A DNA stretch of 63,737 nt, from assembly GCA_016180085.1 (NCBI GenBank), contig JACPBX010000004.1:1-63737 (forward strand), in the 5' to 3' direction. Source of the DNA: Candidatus Woesearchaeota archaeon. Its GTDB lineage: Archaea > Nanobdellota > Nanobdellia > Woesearchaeales > UBA10216. The notes beneath the pieces were generated by a model. That model saw only the letters and a list, made by a program, of their open reading frames with translations, was not told the DNA's origin and searched no databases. Positions within the stretch are counted from its first letter, which is position 1. Every line of letters starts with the position of its first letter. This document shows, in pieces, positions 16,448 through 25,843 of the stretch. Position numbers and translations under genes: made by a program.

Positions 16448-18661
16448 ATGGACGAAAAGGTTGTTGAGAAGATTGTGAGGCTTAGCCGCGATCCTGAGCA
16501 TATCAGGAATATCTGCACGTCTGCCCACATTGACCACGGCAAGACGACCTTCTCAGACAACCTTATTGCGGGAGCTGGCATGATGTCCTCTGAGACGGCA
16601 GGGAGGCAGCTTGTTCTTGACTTCAAGCCCGACGAGCAGGCTCGCGGGATAACCATTGATGCTGCCAACGTTTCAATGATACATAACCTTGAAGGCCACG
16701 AATACCTGATTAACCTCATTGACACTCCAGGGCACGTTGATTTTGGCGGTGATGTTACGAGGGCCATGAGGGCCATTGATGGCACGATACTGCTTGTTGA
16801 TTCTGTTGAGAGCGTCATGCCCCAAACCGAAACGGTGCTGAGGCAGGCCCTTAAGGAGAGGGTTAGGCCCTGCCTTTTTATCAACAAGGTTGATAGGCTC
16901 ATCAGGGAGCTGAAGCTTACGCCTGACAAGATGCAGGAGCGGTTCCTTAAAATTATCACACAGGTGAACAAGCTTATAAGCCACCTTGCCGAGCCGGAGT
17001 TCAGGGAGAAGTGGCAGATTGATGTTAATTCGGGGACTGTAGCTTTCGGCTCTGCCTTTCACCGCTGGGCCCTTTCGGTCCCTTACATGAAATCAACAGG
17101 GCTTTCATTCAAGGATGTGATTGAGACTTATTCTGATGCGCCCGGCCAGGAGGAAAGGATAAAGGGGCTCGCTGATAAAGCGCCCCTTCACAGGGTTGTG
17201 CTTAACATGTCAATAAATCACCATCCCAATCCAAAGCAGGCACAGGCTTACCGCATTCCGAAGCTCTGGCACGGCGAGCTTGAAAGCGAGACTGGGAAGT
17301 CGCTGGTTGGCTGCGACCCGAACGGCCCTGTCGTGTTTGTTTGCACCAAGATTGTTATTGACAAAAACGCTGGCGAGGTGGCTGCAGGCAGACTTTTCTC
17401 GGGCACAGTCAGGCAGGGACAGGAGCTTTTCCTTATTGGAGCCAAAAAGGAGGTCAGGGCGCAGCAGGTTTTCGTTTACAATGGCCCGAAGAGGGAGCAG
17501 GTTGATGAGCTCGCTGCCGGAAACGTCATTGGCCTTGTTGGGCTGCGCGGCGTTTTCTCCGGTGAGACAGTCAGCTCAGTTTCTGATATTGAGCCGTTTG
17601 AGGCGATAAAGCACATCTTTGAGCCTGTTGTTACAAAGGCCATTGAGGCAAAGAGGCCAAGCGACCTCCCAAAGCTTGTTGAGGTGTTGAGGCAGGTCAG
17701 CAAGGAGGACCCTACGCTTGTTGTTGAGATTAATGAGGAAACCGGCGAGCACCTTATCAGCGGCATGGGTGAGCTGCACCTTGAGGTTATTGAGAACCGC
17801 ATATTCACTGACAAGGGCGTTGAGGTTAAGACCTCCCAGCCTATTGTTGTTTACAGGGAAACAATTTCAAAGCCCTCTCCTGAGTTTGAAGGCAAGAGCC
17901 CGAACAAGCACAACAAGTTTTACATAAAGGTTGAGCCGATGCCTGAGGCCTATGCAGAGGTTATCAAGCGCGGCGATATTCCGTCAACGCTGCGGCTCAA
18001 GAAGAAAGAGGAGGATATCTGGCACAAGCTCGAGGCTGCCGGGATGGACAGCAAGATGACCAGGCGCATAAAGAACATCTTCAATGGCAACATGCTCATA
18101 GACATGACACGCGGCCAGGTTCATATTGGCGAGGTTATTGAGATGGTCATGGATGCTTTCGATGATGTCATGAAGTTTGGCCCGATTGCAAGGGAGCCCT
18201 GCGTAAACGTCATGGCATACCTTATGGACATGAAGCTTCATGAGGATGCAATCCATCGCGGGCCTGCCCAGGTGCTGCCTGCGGTGAGGGAGTCCCTAAG
18301 GGGGGCTATGCTTAATGCCGCCCCGATGGTGTTTGAGCCGCTGCAGGTGCTTCAGATTGATGCCCCTGTTTCCTACATGGGGGCAATTTCAAAGCTTATC
18401 CAGAACAGGAGGGGCCAGTTGCTGGAAATGACACAGGAAGGCGAGATGATTACGGTGAAAGCAAAGCTCCCTGTTGCCGAGACATTCGGCCTGACTTCGG
18501 ACCTGCGCTCTGCCACCGAGGGAAGAGGCAGCTTTTACGTCATTGACCAGCTGTTTGAGAAGCTGCCATTCGAGCTTCAGGAGAAGGTTTCGCAGCAGAT
18601 CAGGGACAGGAAGGGCATCAAGCTTGTTGAGGGCGTTGCCATGCCCTCAAGGGAGGAATAA
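16448..18661 (+). CDS. fusA: translation elongation factor 2 (aEF-2)
   Basis: Matches: AHIDHGKTT, DTPGHVDF, QTETVLRQAL. The diphthamide-loop region is present. Length is 737 aa. Confidence 0.97.
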   Translation: MDEKVVEKIVRLSRDPEHIRNICTSAHIDHGKTTFSDNLIAGAGMMSSETAGRQLVLDFKPDEQARGITIDAANVSMIHNLEGHEYLINLIDTPGHVDFGGDVTRAMRAIDGTILLVDSVESVMPQTETVLRQALKERVRPCLFINKVDRLIRELKLTPDKMQERFLKIITQVNKLISHLAEPEFREKWQIDVNSGTVAFGSAFHRWALSVPYMKSTGLSFKDVIETYSDAPGQEERIKGLADKAPLHRVVLNMSINHHPNPKQAQAYRIPKLWHGELESETGKSLVGCDPNGPVVFVCTKIVIDKNAGEVAAGRLFSGTVRQGQELFLIGAKKEVRAQQVFVYNGPKREQVDELAAGNVIGLVGLRGVFSGETVSSVSDIEPFEAIKHIFEPVVTKAIEAKRPSDLPKLVEVLRQVSKEDPTLVVEINEETGEHLISGMGELHLEVIENRIFTDKGVEVKTSQPIVVYRETISKPSPEFEGKSPNKHNKFYIKVEPMPEAYAEVIKRGDIPSTLRLKKKEEDIWHKLEAAGMDSKMTRRIKNIFNGNMLIDMTRGQVHIGEVIEMVMDAFDDVMKFGPIAREPCVNVMAYLMDMKLHEDAIHRGPAQVLPAVRESLRGAMLNAAPMVFEPLQVLQIDAPVSYMGAISKLIQNRRGQLLEMTQEGEMITVKAKLPVAETFGLTSDLRSATEGRGSFYVIDQLFEKLPFELQEKVSQQIRDRKGIKLVEGVAMPSREE

Positions 18662-18704
18662 GCTTTATAAACAGCCCTTTGTTGCTTCTCACGGTAAAAC
18701 AAAC

Positions 18705-19328
18705 ATGACAGCCACGACAACACCGGCAGCGGCTTCAGTGAAGATGTTCGGGAAATGGCCTATGGAGGGCATTACGGTCAGGGACCCTGGCCTTGCCAGT
18801 TACATAACCCTTAAGCCTGTAATGGTCCCAAGGACAGGCGCCAGGTACGCCAAGCAGAAGTTCTACAAGTCAAAGATAAGCATAGTTGAGAGGCTTATGA
18901 ACAAGCTCATGGTTGCAGGCCACAGGGGCAAGAAGCACACCATAACCTCCTACACGATGAGCGGCAAGTCGGCGCAGGCTTTCAGGATTATTACCCGGGT
19001 TTTTGATGCCCTTGAGCAGAAAACCAAGCAGAACCCTGTGAAAGTCCTTATTGAGGCTGTTGAGAATGCTGCTCCCCGGGAAGAGATTGTCAGCATAGAA
19101 TACGGCGGCGCCAGATATCCCAAGGCTGTAGACTGCTCCCCGCAGCGAAGGATTGATCTCGTCCTGAAGTATTTTGTGCAGGGCGCAATTGCAAAGTCAT
19201 TCAACAACAAGAAAACCTTTTCAGAAACCCTTTCTGAGGAGATTGCCAACGCATTCTCAAGGAGCCCGTCCAGCCACGCCATAAGCAAGAAGCTTGAGCT
19301 GGAAAGGCAGGCAGAGTCAAGCAGGTAG
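18705..19328 (+). CDS. rps7: 30S ribosomal protein S7 (uS7)
   Basis: MFGKWPMEGITVRDPGLASYI...IVERLMNKLM...ENAAPREE. The ATG at 18705 avoids the overlap with EF-2 implied by the track start at 18543. Confidence 0.9.
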   Translation: MTATTTPAAASVKMFGKWPMEGITVRDPGLASYITLKPVMVPRTGARYAKQKFYKSKISIVERLMNKLMVAGHRGKKHTITSYTMSGKSAQAFRIITRVFDALEQKTKQNPVKVLIEAVENAAPREEIVSIEYGGARYPKAVDCSPQRRIDLVLKYFVQGAIAKSFNNKKTFSETLSEEIANAFSRSPSSHAISKKLELERQAESSR

Positions 19329-19335
19329 GGTAATT

Positions 19336-20820
19336 CTAAACCAGAAGCAAGAATATAGATACTGATATCTTTACATAATTTCTGTATTTACCTAACTCAT
19401 CCTTAGTGATGAGTACTCCTTTGTTAAATGATTTGAAGGCAAAGAAATCAGAATTTGAAATTGTGGCCTGGTATTTGACTTCAAACGGATAATACAAATC
19501 ATTGAATTTTAAAACAAAATCTACTTCCTTTTTGCTAGAATCCTGATAGTAACAGATATTGTCCTTCGGGTCAAAAAGATCTCGTGGATTTAGCCCATAA
19601 GCGAAACGACATAAGTGATTGTGGACAATGGCCTCGATTAGTTTGCTTTTGATTTCTAAATTCAAGACGTTTGACTTCGCATTCTCAAAATAGTTGCTTT
19701 TCCCATTTGCCCAACCCTGTAGTGCATGAAAAATAAATGGGTCTTGAAAGTATATCTTTTTAAAAAACGTATGAATTCTGCCGTCATGAATTGAGCACCT
19801 ATAACAAAGATTTGCAATGTAAAGTTCCTCAAAGGCAGTTATGTAATCCTGCACTGTACTATGCGATTTTACCTCCGTAGTTTTCGTAAAGTTATTCCAA
19901 CTTGTGGGATTTGAAAGCGTTTGGAAAATCTCCCGTGTTATTTGTTTAAAGGATGCTTCCTTGTATCCATACCGGTGCAAATCGCCTATAATAGCTCGTA
20001 AATAGACGTTAAACAGATTGGTGGGTATTTCACCTCTTTTCATAAACTCATTTATTGTTGCTGGGATGCCTCCCGTCAACAAATAACTTTCGAGTAGAAT
20101 GTCTAATCTCTTTTTATATAGCGATAACTGCAGAATGGTTTGGTCAATTTCACCTTTAAAAAGCTTAATCATCTTATTTTGCTTATCGTAACTGCGCACA
20201 AATCCTAAATCAAAAAGAATTTTATTAAATTCAGGCCAGAGAAGCGTGACAAACTCGGAGAATTTCATGGGTGGCAGAATTTTATCCAACGGCTCATTTG
20301 CGCCACCACCTCTTCTTCCGGGCATCAATTCTGTTTCGTGCTTCATATCCATTGCATGCGAACCTGTTACGACTATTGTGCAATTTACAAAAGATCCTTT
20401 ATTAGCAAAAGAAATTACGTGTCGTGCCCAATCCTTAATCGCGCACACTTCATCAAGGAACAGATACTTTCTTTCCTCCTTTGCGGACAAGCGCCAATCC
20501 AAATACGTTTGGAGTATCCTGCTTAACTCTTCAGGATTATTATTTTCAAACGACCAGTAAAAAATGTTTTCCGGTTTTATTTTTTTTCCAAGAAGCAAAT
20601 CTTTTATAATTGTCATTATCAGTGTTGTTTTTCCAACCTGTCTAGGACCGCGAACTGTGTAAATAACATCTTGGTCTAAATTCAATCTGTATCTCAATCG
20701 AGGGTTCCATTGATAGGTAAGTTTGCTCAGCGTGGCTATTTTGAATTGTTTAAAAATGTCATTTTTATCAACCCACCAGGGATTTTGTTCAGATAGTTGG
20801 CTAATGTCAAAGATTGTCAT
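19336..20820 (-). CDS. AAA-type ATPase of the COG1373/DUF4143-like kind
   Basis: Walker A VRGPRQVGKTTL and Walker B LFLDEV. Length is 494 aa. The gene is markedly AT-rich compared with its neighbours. Confidence 0.7.
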   Translation of the reverse strand: MTIFDISQLSEQNPWWVDKNDIFKQFKIATLSKLTYQWNPRLRYRLNLDQDVIYTVRGPRQVGKTTLIMTIIKDLLLGKKIKPENIFYWSFENNNPEELSRILQTYLDWRLSAKEERKYLFLDEVCAIKDWARHVISFANKGSFVNCTIVVTGSHAMDMKHETELMPGRRGGGANEPLDKILPPMKFSEFVTLLWPEFNKILFDLGFVRSYDKQNKMIKLFKGEIDQTILQLSLYKKRLDILLESYLLTGGIPATINEFMKRGEIPTNLFNVYLRAIIGDLHRYGYKEASFKQITREIFQTLSNPTSWNNFTKTTEVKSHSTVQDYITAFEELYIANLCYRCSIHDGRIHTFFKKIYFQDPFIFHALQGWANGKSNYFENAKSNVLNLEIKSKLIEAIVHNHLCRFAYGLNPRDLFDPKDNICYYQDSSKKEVDFVLKFNDLYYPFEVKYQATISNSDFFAFKSFNKGVLITKDELGKYRNYVKISVSIFLLLV

Positions 20821-21054
20821 GCTGGTTCACAAAACGTCTAAGTATATAAATCTTTTTATTTTTAACAACTTCTTTATAAATGATACTTTTTTAATTAACA
20901 AAAATCTCACTTTTTTAGAGTTAAAAATAACAATTTCTTTATAAATAATACGGGTTTTACTGGCAAAAATCCGTCAAGATATAAAAAATCAGAAAACTTT
21001 ATATATAAATTCATACTTTTTCTGATTGGCAGGTATGAATTAAAGGTGATTGGA

Positions 21055-21318
21055 ATGCTTGTGAAACGAACCGTAGGCGCAAGGGGGCAGGTTGTGTTAC
21101 CTATAGATATTCGTGAGCAACTGGGGCTTCGGGAAGGAACAGAGATAACTTTTGAGGCAAAAGAGGGCGAGATAGTTATCAAGCCAGCAAAAACCCCAGA
21201 GCAGATTGTTGATGAATTTTGCAGCATAAGCAGTAAGAGAATACACATAAAAGACGGCCCTAAATGGATAAAAAAAGTTCTTGATAAGCAATACGAGGAA
21301 GAGTATGGTATACGTTGA
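21055..21318 (+). CDS. vapB: AbrB/SpoVT-family antitoxin (VapB-like)
   Basis: Matches: GARGQVVLPIDIREQLGLREGTEITFEAKEGEIVIKP. An aaaggtga box precedes the ATG at 21055. It overlaps the PIN gene. Confidence 0.8.
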   Translation: MLVKRTVGARGQVVLPIDIREQLGLREGTEITFEAKEGEIVIKPAKTPEQIVDEFCSISSKRIHIKDGPKWIKKVLDKQYEEEYGIR

Positions 21319-21724
21319 TGCCAACCTTTTCATCTATGGCGCGATTGAAGAGCATAATGATGAAAAGGCAGCTCAATCCAGAGTGATTCTCACGAAGATA
21401 GCTACGCAGAAAATTTTTGCAGCCACCTCTATTCTTACATGGGATGAGCTTGTGTGGATATGCAAGAAAAATTTGGCAATTGCCTTGGCGGTAGAGATTG
21501 GCCAATCCTTTCTCAGCATGCCGAACTTAAATTTTGTTGACGCCAACAAGCCAATCGCGGAAAAAGCTTCAGCGTTGATGACAGAGTATGGGCTAAAGCC
21601 TCACGACGCCCTACACGCAGCAACAGCAATTCTAAATGGCGAGCGGGAAATAATTACGGACGATGCCGACTTTGACAAGGTAAGGGAGCTCAAACGCGTT
21701 TCATTGGCAGAAGCGAGCAGGTAA
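21305..21724 (+). CDS. vapC: PIN-domain ribonuclease toxin (VapC-like)
   Basis: VYVDANLFIY..., WDELV, HDALHAAT and TDDADF match the acidic PIN residues. There is a 14-nt overlap with vapB. Confidence 0.8.
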   Translation: MVYVDANLFIYGAIEEHNDEKAAQSRVILTKIATQKIFAATSILTWDELVWICKKNLAIALAVEIGQSFLSMPNLNFVDANKPIAEKASALMTEYGLKPHDALHAATAILNGEREIITDDADFDKVRELKRVSLAEASR

Positions 21725-21767
21725 AGTTTTTATATTCTGAAATGTTTTCTGATTAATCTGAAAAGAA

Positions 21768-22100
21768 ATGGATTACACGCCCAGGCAGCAGCAAATACTG
21801 GCAGGGTATTCAACTGACCAGCAGGGAGCAATGCAACAGCTTATTTTTGATGAGGCTAATGGGCTGTATTCCAGAATTAAGGGTTTGCCGTCACAGCAGC
21901 GTGTGCGCGTAGTTGGGCAGCTTGCTGAGCTGAATCGCGCCTTTTGGGGTAATAGGCAAGCCCGTGGCAGGGAGCACGATGTTTTTGCATTGACTTTGCA
22001 AAGAAACCTGGAGCGCTGGCAGTGGCTGCAGAACATGCATGAGGAAGTTATTGGTGAGCTTGAGCTTCTGGCAGCAGGACAGGAAGTTCCTGTCAGATAA
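21768..22100 (+). CDS. hypothetical protein
   Basis: 110-aa ORF with no recognised motif. Its 3' end overlaps the convergent permease gene by 8 nt. Confidence 0.4.
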   Translation: MDYTPRQQQILAGYSTDQQGAMQQLIFDEANGLYSRIKGLPSQQRVRVVGQLAELNRAFWGNRQARGREHDVFALTLQRNLERWQWLQNMHEEVIGELELLAAGQEVPVR

Positions 22101-24147
22101 ACGATACCGTCTCCTTTTCCTTCGTTTTTATTCCGTAAAGGAATATCCTGTTCCAGAGGAAGCCTTTTGTCTTGGCTACCCTGACAGCAAAGCCTGCGCT
22201 CCTGAAGAGCTGCTCGATGCTTGCCTCGCTTGATACCCACTCCACGTTCGGTAGTATGTGGAAAAAGTCAGTATAGTCTGTAAAGCACACCTTCCCGCCA
22301 GCTGGAAGTATTGCCCACATCTCCTTGAGCACCTTTTTCATATCCTGGACATAGCTCAGCATTCCCGCGCTTACGATTGCATCTGCATACGTTACATCAG
22401 GGTGGACCCGCCTGAAGAGCTCATCATCGTGCATGACCTCAACGATGCCAATAGGCATGTCAGTGCCCCATTTCAGGTCGTCAACGCGCTTGCTTGTTAT
22501 TTTCAGGTGGTTTTTCGAAAAATGAATGGCGTAAACCTTGCCCTTTAAGCCAACCCTCTTGGCCAGTTCGAGCGTCAGCGTTCCCACACCGCACCCGAAT
22601 TCCAGCACGGTCTTGTTTTTCAAGTCTCCCAGGAATGCAAAAATCTCTTTCTTCATCCTGCCACTGAATGTGAATTTTTCCGTGAACAGGGTGAGGTAAG
22701 CCAGCAGGTCATTGACTTGCGTGATCATTTTCGGGTCGTAGTAAAGCTCAACAAGCAGGTAAAGTGGGAGCCCCATTGCTATGAGGTAAATGCTAAGCTC
22801 CAGCAGCCTTTCGGAGTTCTGGACGTTTAAGGCCCAGAGCGCAATGGCAGCAACCAGAAACAGGATTGCAACGGCAATTCCAAGCTTCGCGAAAGGCACC
22901 CTGAATGGCCTTTCAATATTTGGGTATTTTTTCCTGAGTATTGGGACTGCAAGGAGCAGAGTGATATACATCAGGGCGCTGGTGGGTATAAGCATGCTGA
23001 GCAGGGTCTCGTAATTCGCAAATCCCAGCAAGAGAAGCGTAACTAGGGACACTGCCTGGAAAAGTATTGCGTTGTGGGGCGTGCTGAATCTTGGGTGTAT
23101 TCTCATGAACTGGCCCGGGAACAGCCTGTCCCTTGCCATGGCAAGGATAAGCCTTGGAAGCGCCACAATGCCGCTTGCTGCCGAGCCCACAAGGGCAAGG
23201 AACACGCCAAACGCCAGGGCAGCAGCCATCTTTTCGCTGAGAATCATGGCAGCCACGTCTGCAAGAGGCGTTTCCTTGATGCTAAGCTGTTGCCAGTTGA
23301 CTGTGCCAAAGAGCACAAGCATAAGCAGGAATCCCAGCAATGCTATAATCACCGATGCGTGCATCAGCGCTTTCGGTATTGTTTTTCTTGGATTTCGGGT
23401 CTCTTCTGCGAGGTATGTGGCGCTTTCCCACCCGAAAAAGCTTTCAACGATAAAAAAGCTTGTTATCATCACGGTATAAAGGGGATGCGTGAGGAATGGC
23501 GTGAAATTCTGCCATGATATTGCCGGGAATCCTTTGATAATTATTGCCAAAGGCACTGCAACCATCGCTATTGCGAAGCCTATGAGCATGAGGGAGCTTG
23601 CCTGCACGCCAAGGTAAGCAACGGCGTTCATGGCTGATATGATGCCAACGCTTATAAGAAATTGGCTAAAGTCCGAATTATTCGGGAAAAGGAAGCTGGT
23701 TGCGCCAACAACCATGACAACGACAGCTATGCTCCCCACAAGCCACGCCATCCACCCTATCATGAATGAGAAGAAGCGCCCGTACGCCTGTTTCGCGAAT
23801 TCGTAAGCCCCGCCTGCTTTCGGGAATGTGCTTGTCAGCTCGCCAAAGCACGCGGCAACGTATATTGCAAATGCTGAGACAAGAACCCATGCAAGCAGAG
23901 TCAGGTTGCCTGAGTATCGCGCACCTATGCCTGCCCCAAGGAACAGCGTTGTTCCCACAATCGAGCCAATAGCCAATGACAGGACAGCCCAGTAGCCGAA
24001 GCTTCGCTTGAATTCCTGCCTGGCATTCCTTCCGCTTTCAGCAACAATAGTAGCAGTAATGGTTTTCCGCCTCTTTTTCCTCGTTTTTGCAGCGGTTTTT
24101 TGCGCTTCTGGCTTTTTAATTCTTTTTAATCGTGAATCATACGGCAA
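22093..24147 (-). CDS. APC-family amino acid/polyamine permease fused to a C-terminal SAM-dependent methyltransferase domain
   Basis: About 12 hydrophobic segments follow a basic N-terminus. The C-terminal roughly 200 aa carry VLEFGCGVGTLTLELAKR (motif I) and LPAGGKVCFTD. Confidence 0.7.
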   Translation of the reverse strand: MPYDSRLKRIKKPEAQKTAAKTRKKRRKTITATIVAESGRNARQEFKRSFGYWAVLSLAIGSIVGTTLFLGAGIGARYSGNLTLLAWVLVSAFAIYVAACFGELTSTFPKAGGAYEFAKQAYGRFFSFMIGWMAWLVGSIAVVVMVVGATSFLFPNNSDFSQFLISVGIISAMNAVAYLGVQASSLMLIGFAIAMVAVPLAIIIKGFPAISWQNFTPFLTHPLYTVMITSFFIVESFFGWESATYLAEETRNPRKTIPKALMHASVIIALLGFLLMLVLFGTVNWQQLSIKETPLADVAAMILSEKMAAALAFGVFLALVGSAASGIVALPRLILAMARDRLFPGQFMRIHPRFSTPHNAILFQAVSLVTLLLLGFANYETLLSMLIPTSALMYITLLLAVPILRKKYPNIERPFRVPFAKLGIAVAILFLVAAIALWALNVQNSERLLELSIYLIAMGLPLYLLVELYYDPKMITQVNDLLAYLTLFTEKFTFSGRMKKEIFAFLGDLKNKTVLEFGCGVGTLTLELAKRVGLKGKVYAIHFSKNHLKITSKRVDDLKWGTDMPIGIVEVMHDDELFRRVHPDVTYADAIVSAGMLSYVQDMKKVLKEMWAILPAGGKVCFTDYTDFFHILPNVEWVSSEASIEQLFRSAGFAVRVAKTKGFLWNRIFLYGIKTKEKETVSFI

Positions 24148-24209
24148 AATAAGCGAATGGGCAGCATAAACATTTTAAACATTCGTCAACCCTTGCTGGC
24201 TGTTGGCAC

Positions 24210-24815
24210 ATGGCAAAAGAGCGTGAGGGGCGTAAAGATGTGAAAAATACGGTTTCCAGGCTTGTTCAGGCTGTCGAGGGCAGCAGGGAATTTCTGGAGT
24301 GGAGAAAGGGCAATAAAACAGCCCATCTTTCCAGCGTGTTCGCAATGGGGAAAAGCGCCCGGCAACTGAGCGAATGGCTGCTAAGCTACTACGACGGGAA
24401 AGACGATACTTTCACGACTTTCAGCACTACAGGCAGCCTGATGGCAGCAAAGGAGCAGGCCTTCAAGAAGGGCAGGGCAGTGCCTGAGCTGAGGGCAGGC
24501 GCTGTTAAAGTTGAGGTCTGGGACTGCATAAAAACTGCAGAGGACGTGAGGGCGGGCACCTATAAGGGCGAGGAGGCAAGCACTGTGATAGCAATACTGC
24601 AGCCGTTAACTCCAGAAGAAATTTCAGGGGGCAGCGAGACCGGCAGCACTGGCGGCAACAGTAGCGGCAAAGAGAGCGAAGCGAAGCCTGTGTGGAACAT
24701 AACCTACATAACGGCTTCATTTAATGTCATTAACGTAAAGATTGATGCCGAAGCAGGCACAGTGCTAAGCCACAGGATTTCAGGCGTGATGGACTTCATG
24801 CAGAAAGACAAGTGA
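24210..24815 (+). CDS. hypothetical protein
   Basis: 201-aa ORF. A TATA-like ttttaaacat box at 24174-24183 lies about 30 nt upstream of the ATG. Confidence 0.45.
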   Translation: MAKEREGRKDVKNTVSRLVQAVEGSREFLEWRKGNKTAHLSSVFAMGKSARQLSEWLLSYYDGKDDTFTTFSTTGSLMAAKEQAFKKGRAVPELRAGAVKVEVWDCIKTAEDVRAGTYKGEEASTVIAILQPLTPEEISGGSETGSTGGNSSGKESEAKPVWNITYITASFNVINVKIDAEAGTVLSHRISGVMDFMQKDK

Positions 24816-24964
24816 GTTGTTTCTGCAACAGCAGTTATTGCAACTGCTATTATCAATCATTTAGTATGCCATGTATGTTTTTGTTCTCAGCATAATTTAA
24901 ATATGAGTAAATTAAGAAAGTCAGCTTCCGAGAGAAGATAAAAAAGTAAAAGAAGGTGTGCAGT

Positions 24965-25099
24965 ATGATAAGCTACAATGCAATTCGCAAAAACAAGACT
25001 CTGTCCCAGGTTCTTAGCGCTGTTGAAGCATTAGTGACCGAAAGCGAAACCAAAAAAGCGGCTTCCGCAGTTCCAGCTGAGAAGGCTGAGAAAGATTAA
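24965..25099 (+). CDS. possible small protein (44 aa)
   Basis: ATG preceded by aaggtg. A TATA-like aatttaaatatg lies about 65 nt upstream. It is below the ORF-track length cut-off and has no homology argument. Confidence 0.25.
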   Translation: MISYNAIRKNKTLSQVLSAVEALVTESETKKAASAVPAEKAEKD

Positions 25100-25116
25100 A
25101 ACAGAACCCTGCCGTC

Positions 25117-25842
25117 CTATTTCTGGGCAAGGAAGTCCTCAAACGCCTTTACAGCTTCCTTCTGTGTTTCGTCAACTGTCTTGGGCTCGTCAGTGCTGAG
25201 ATAGATTACCTTTGAGCCGTGCTGCTCGAGCAGCTGCCTGAGCCAGTCAGACCTGAACCTTGAGTCAAGGTTGCGCTGGAATTCAAGGCTGTCGAATATG
25301 GAGTAGTCCTTCTTCGGCCTTGCGCCAAGCCTGCCCATAACCGTTTCCGGCTTCACTGTTGCAACGATAAACAACCCGGGCGCAAACTGGAGCGCTGTCT
25401 TGTTGCCCGCTAACCTTATCAGCTCCGAAAGCTGGATGTGTTCCTGCACAGGCTGGTAGACGAGCGATGAGGAAATGCCCCTTTCCTGAAAAACGTATTT
25501 GCCTGCCTTAATGGCGGGAATCAAAACTCTCTTGTAAAGTATCTCGCGGTCAAGGGCAAAAGCCTGGGCAAGGCTCATCGCAGAGTAATGCCTGCCCGTT
25601 GCCCTCACAAGCTCTTCCCTTATTGCCTTTCCTACAAGGCAGAAGGTTGGCTCGGCAGAGACAACGGCATCATACTGCATGACTTCTTCCGGTTCGGGGA
25701 ACGTCCCGTTTTCGCGGCAGTAGCTCCTCAAGTCAAGCACTTTCATGGCCTTAAGCTCCGCCCACTTCTGCAGCGCATCAACTATGGTGCCCTTGCCAGA
25801 GCCGTCGAGGCCGTCAACCATTACGAATTTGTTTTTTGTCAT
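25117..25842 (-). CDS. tmk: thymidylate kinase-like (dTMP kinase family)
   Basis: The N-terminus FVMVDGLDGSGKGT is the Tmk-type P-loop. The ATG at 25842 lies 1 nt after the thyX stop. Confidence 0.65.
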   Translation of the reverse strand: MTKNKFVMVDGLDGSGKGTIVDALQKWAELKAMKVLDLRSYCRENGTFPEPEEVMQYDAVVSAEPTFCLVGKAIREELVRATGRHYSAMSLAQAFALDREILYKRVLIPAIKAGKYVFQERGISSSLVYQPVQEHIQLSELIRLAGNKTALQFAPGLFIVATVKPETVMGRLGARPKKDYSIFDSLEFQRNLDSRFRSDWLRQLLEQHGSKVIYLSTDEPKTVDETQKEAVKAFEDFLAQK

Positions 25843-25843
25843 T

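Noticed and set aside
16351-16971. A 206-aa minus-strand ORF at the 5' end of the aEF-2 gene.
   Set aside because: It is antisense to the GTPase domain of aEF-2, and its translation is Ser/Leu-rich low complexity.
18543-18704. The long N-terminal extension of S7 implied by the track ORF, overlapping the end of aEF-2.
   Set aside because: The extension is Arg/Ser-rich out-of-frame EF-2 sequence. The conserved S7 sequence begins shortly after the ATG at 18705.
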